A stretch of 64,000 bases of DNA from a virus, in IMG/VR virus record IMGVR_UViG_3300043449_002191, positions 93,342 through 157,341 of that record, one strand, 5' to 3'. The notes beneath the pieces were generated by a model. The model ran no database searches. It saw nothing but the letters and a program-made list of their open reading frames with translations, and was not told the DNA's origin. The position numbers were made by a program, and so were the translations under genes. Shown here in pieces: positions 61,994 to 64,000 of this stretch. Within the stretch, counting starts at the first letter, position 1, and each line of letters begins with the position of its first letter.

Positions 61994-64000
61994 ATGAAAA
62001 AGATTGCGATTATTGCTATTCAGCATCCCACAGAAGCAAATTTATACTTGCATGGCCTTAGAGCTGATAATGCAAAATGGGCTTTACCAGGAGGACATTT
62101 TATTCCTGGAGAGCTTCCAGATGAAGCAGCCAATCGAGAGCTTGAAGAAGAAACAGGCTTAAAGGGTATAAAATTAGATAAAGTCGCAGAATCTACTACT
62201 AGTACTCATAATTTACATTTATATCACCATAAATGCACATCTAGTTTAAATTTAAATTCTCAAAATGACCCAGATCAAGAGTTTGTTACATTCAAATGGT
62301 TAGACCCAAAAGAACATGAGAATTTACACATACCTAAAGAAAATAATATACTTATACATCATTTGAAAAATAGCGAAATAAAACCATTTGTTTTTCATGA
62401 ATCTGATCAAGAAGATGAAGTTGATGATGGACACGACCATTTTGGTTATCCAATTAAAGGTTTTATTAAAAAAACTGAAAACATTACTTTTGAGTCTTTA
62501 AAAAAAGGTAAAAAAGATATTTTACAGGTTTTAGGCGCAGAAAGCATAAAACCTGAGCATAAAGAATATATTGATTGGGCACAAAAATTGCCAAATTCAA
62601 ATTGGCAAACTTGGGCCACAAAGCATTATAAGCAAAAGCCACAGGATTTTACACCTGAAATTAAACAAAAAATAGAGCATTTTGCTGGCTCTCAGCATAT
62701 TCCTAATATTGCAAAAGTAACATTTGATAAAAGTCATGATTTACATTCAGGATTAAACTTACTTCATTCCGCTGAACAAGATTACACTAAAAAACTTTCT
62801 GAAAACACTAACCTAGTTACGCCAACACAAAAAACTCAAAAAGTTGTTAACGGTGCTACTAAACCAAACAGACATTGGTTTGGATTAGGAGTTGGTAGCT
62901 GTAAAGCTGAAGGCAAAGCCATGGGGCATTGCGGAAACAGGCCATCAAAAGTAGATGGGGACAAGGTGCTGTCCTTAAGGACAGAGCATAAAGTTGGAGA
63001 TAAAACATTCCATGAACCCCACGTAACTTTTATTTCAAACAATGGGTTTTTAGGTGAAATGAAAGGTCGAGGAAATCTAAAACCTACAAAAGAATACCAT
63101 AAAGATATAGTTGAATTGTTAAAAAATCCTCAAATAAAAGGTATTATTGGTGAAGGGTATAAACCTAAAAATAATTTTCATTTTTCTCATTTATCTACAG
63201 AACATCAAAATGAAGTTTTAGCTCATAATCCTAATTTAATTACTGACACAACATCTAAAGAAAATATAACTAAAATATTAGATACTAAATTACCTGTAAA
63301 ATATCTTCACTTAATTGGTATAATAGCTAAAAATCCAAACCTTGATCCTGTACATCATGCTAAGCTAGTTAATACTAAAGATTTTTCTGTTAGATCATCA
63401 ATAGCTAAAAATCCAAACCTTGATCCTGTACATCATGCTAAGCTAGTTAATAGTAAAGATTCTTATATTAGATCATCAATAGCTGAAAATCCAAACCTTG
63501 ATCCTGTACATCATGCTAAGCTAGTTAATGATGAGGAGTCTTATGTTAGAAGAGCAATAGCTTCAAACCCAAACCTTGATCCTGTACATCATGCTAAGCT
63601 AGTTAATGATGAGGAGTTTTCTGTTAGAAGAGCAATAGCTTCAAACCCAAACCTTGATCCTGTACATCATGCTAAACTAGTTAATGATGAGCAGTTTTCT
63701 GTTAGATCATCAATAGCTGAAAATCCAAACCTTGATCCTGTACATCATGCTAAGCTAGTTAATGATGAAGTTTTTGCTGTTAAATCATCAATAGCTTCAA
63801 ACCCAAACCTTGATCCTGTACATCATGCTAAACTAGTTAATAGTAAAGATTCTTATATTAGATCATCAATAGCTGAAAACCCAAACCTTGATCCTGTACA
63901 TCATGCTAAGCTAGTTAATGATAAAGCTATTGATGTTAGAAAAGCAATAGCTTCAAACCCAAACCTTGATCCTGTACATCATGCTAAACTAGTTAATGAT
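61994..64000 (+). CDS. Nudix hydrolase + PcfJ-like domain + 26-aa helical repeats (partial, runs off window; absent from ORF track)
   Basis: Hand translation: MKKIAIIAIQ...PGGHFIPGELPDEAANRELEEETGL (full Nudix box); EGKAMGHCG...VLSLR...PHVT...EMKGRGN.KP; I found no stop. Confidence 0.85.
   Translation, partial: MKKIAIIAIQHPTEANLYLHGLRADNAKWALPGGHFIPGELPDEAANRELEEETGLKGIKLDKVAESTTSTHNLHLYHHKCTSSLNLNSQNDPDQEFVTFKWLDPKEHENLHIPKENNILIHHLKNSEIKPFVFHESDQEDEVDDGHDHFGYPIKGFIKKTENITFESLKKGKKDILQVLGAESIKPEHKEYIDWAQKLPNSNWQTWATKHYKQKPQDFTPEIKQKIEHFAGSQHIPNIAKVTFDKSHDLHSGLNLLHSAEQDYTKKLSENTNLVTPTQKTQKVVNGATKPNRHWFGLGVGSCKAEGKAMGHCGNRPSKVDGDKVLSLRTEHKVGDKTFHEPHVTFISNNGFLGEMKGRGNLKPTKEYHKDIVELLKNPQIKGIIGEGYKPKNNFHFSHLSTEHQNEVLAHNPNLITDTTSKENITKILDTKLPVKYLHLIGIIAKNPNLDPVHHAKLVNTKDFSVRSSIAKNPNLDPVHHAKLVNSKDSYIRSSIAENPNLDPVHHAKLVNDEESYVRRAIASNPNLDPVHHAKLVNDEEFSVRRAIASNPNLDPVHHAKLVNDEQFSVRSSIAENPNLDPVHHAKLVNDEVFAVKSSIASNPNLDPVHHAKLVNSKDSYIRSSIAENPNLDPVHHAKLVNDKAIDVRKAIASNPNLDPVHHAKLVND
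63323..64000 (+). repeat. 78-bp in-frame tandem repeat, at least 9 units
   Basis: Units start at 63323, 63401, 63479, 63557, 63635, 63713, 63791, 63869, 63947; encodes IA[KES]NPNLDPVHHAKLVN plus 9 variable residues. Confidence 0.95.

Noticed and set aside
730-63042. Many short antisense or overlapping ORFs in the track (e.g. 16957-17436, 38613-38981, 41503-41850)
   Set aside because: They are shadows of long genes with recognisable motifs; I saw no recognisable domains in them
63323-64000. 78-bp periodic repeat as a CRISPR array
   Set aside because: The period is a multiple of 3 within an open frame, the 'spacers' are homologous to one another, the constant part is about 50 bp, and no cas genes are present
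1-64000. Stop-codon reassignment
   Set aside because: Genes are full length and tightly packed under code 11; TAA, TAG (nrdA) and TGA (clpP at 6624) all act as stops
1-64000. tRNA/rRNA genes, integrase, and host assignment
   Set aside because: No cloverleaf or recombinase motifs seen; SD use and sigma70 promoters indicate a bacterial host but not which taxon

Overview
This 64 kb window is part of a large, AT-rich tailed-phage genome. It uses the standard genetic code, and I saw no tRNA, rRNA or CRISPR array. Bases 1-19.2 kb (minus strand) hold a replication, recombination and chaperone arm: DnaE, a metallophosphoesterase, a membrane ClpP, NrdAB, a RuvC-like resolvase, SbcC, an alliinase/TAA1-like PLP enzyme, GroEL and a wHTH protein. 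After a divergent AT-rich switch at about 19.3 kb, the plus strand carries an SF2 helicase, a sigma-70-family factor lacking region 4.2, GroES, SbcD and terminase. A head module follows (portal, MuF-like, prohead protease, scaffold, Herelleviridae-like major capsid). An early-gene island at 42-50 kb (CYTH, HNH-dUTPase, SAM-lyase-like, DUF932, two more ClpP) interrupts it, and neck/head-completion genes come after. Three patterns stand out. (1) An exact 10-mer, CCTAATCTTA, sits at nine gene boundaries and is a candidate late promoter. (2) A recurring [hydrophobic]-x-K-[S/A/T/G] (often KSE) motif lies at the domain boundaries of several late-region polyproteins. These carry kinases, GNAT acetyltransferases, a lytic transglycosylase, Nudix, PcfJ-like and mCpol-like domains, which suggests a capsid-packaged enzyme arsenal released by the prohead protease. 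(3) The prohead protease itself contains a copy of the capsid N-terminal arm followed by a kinase. All calls come from motif recognition by eye; no database searches were run.
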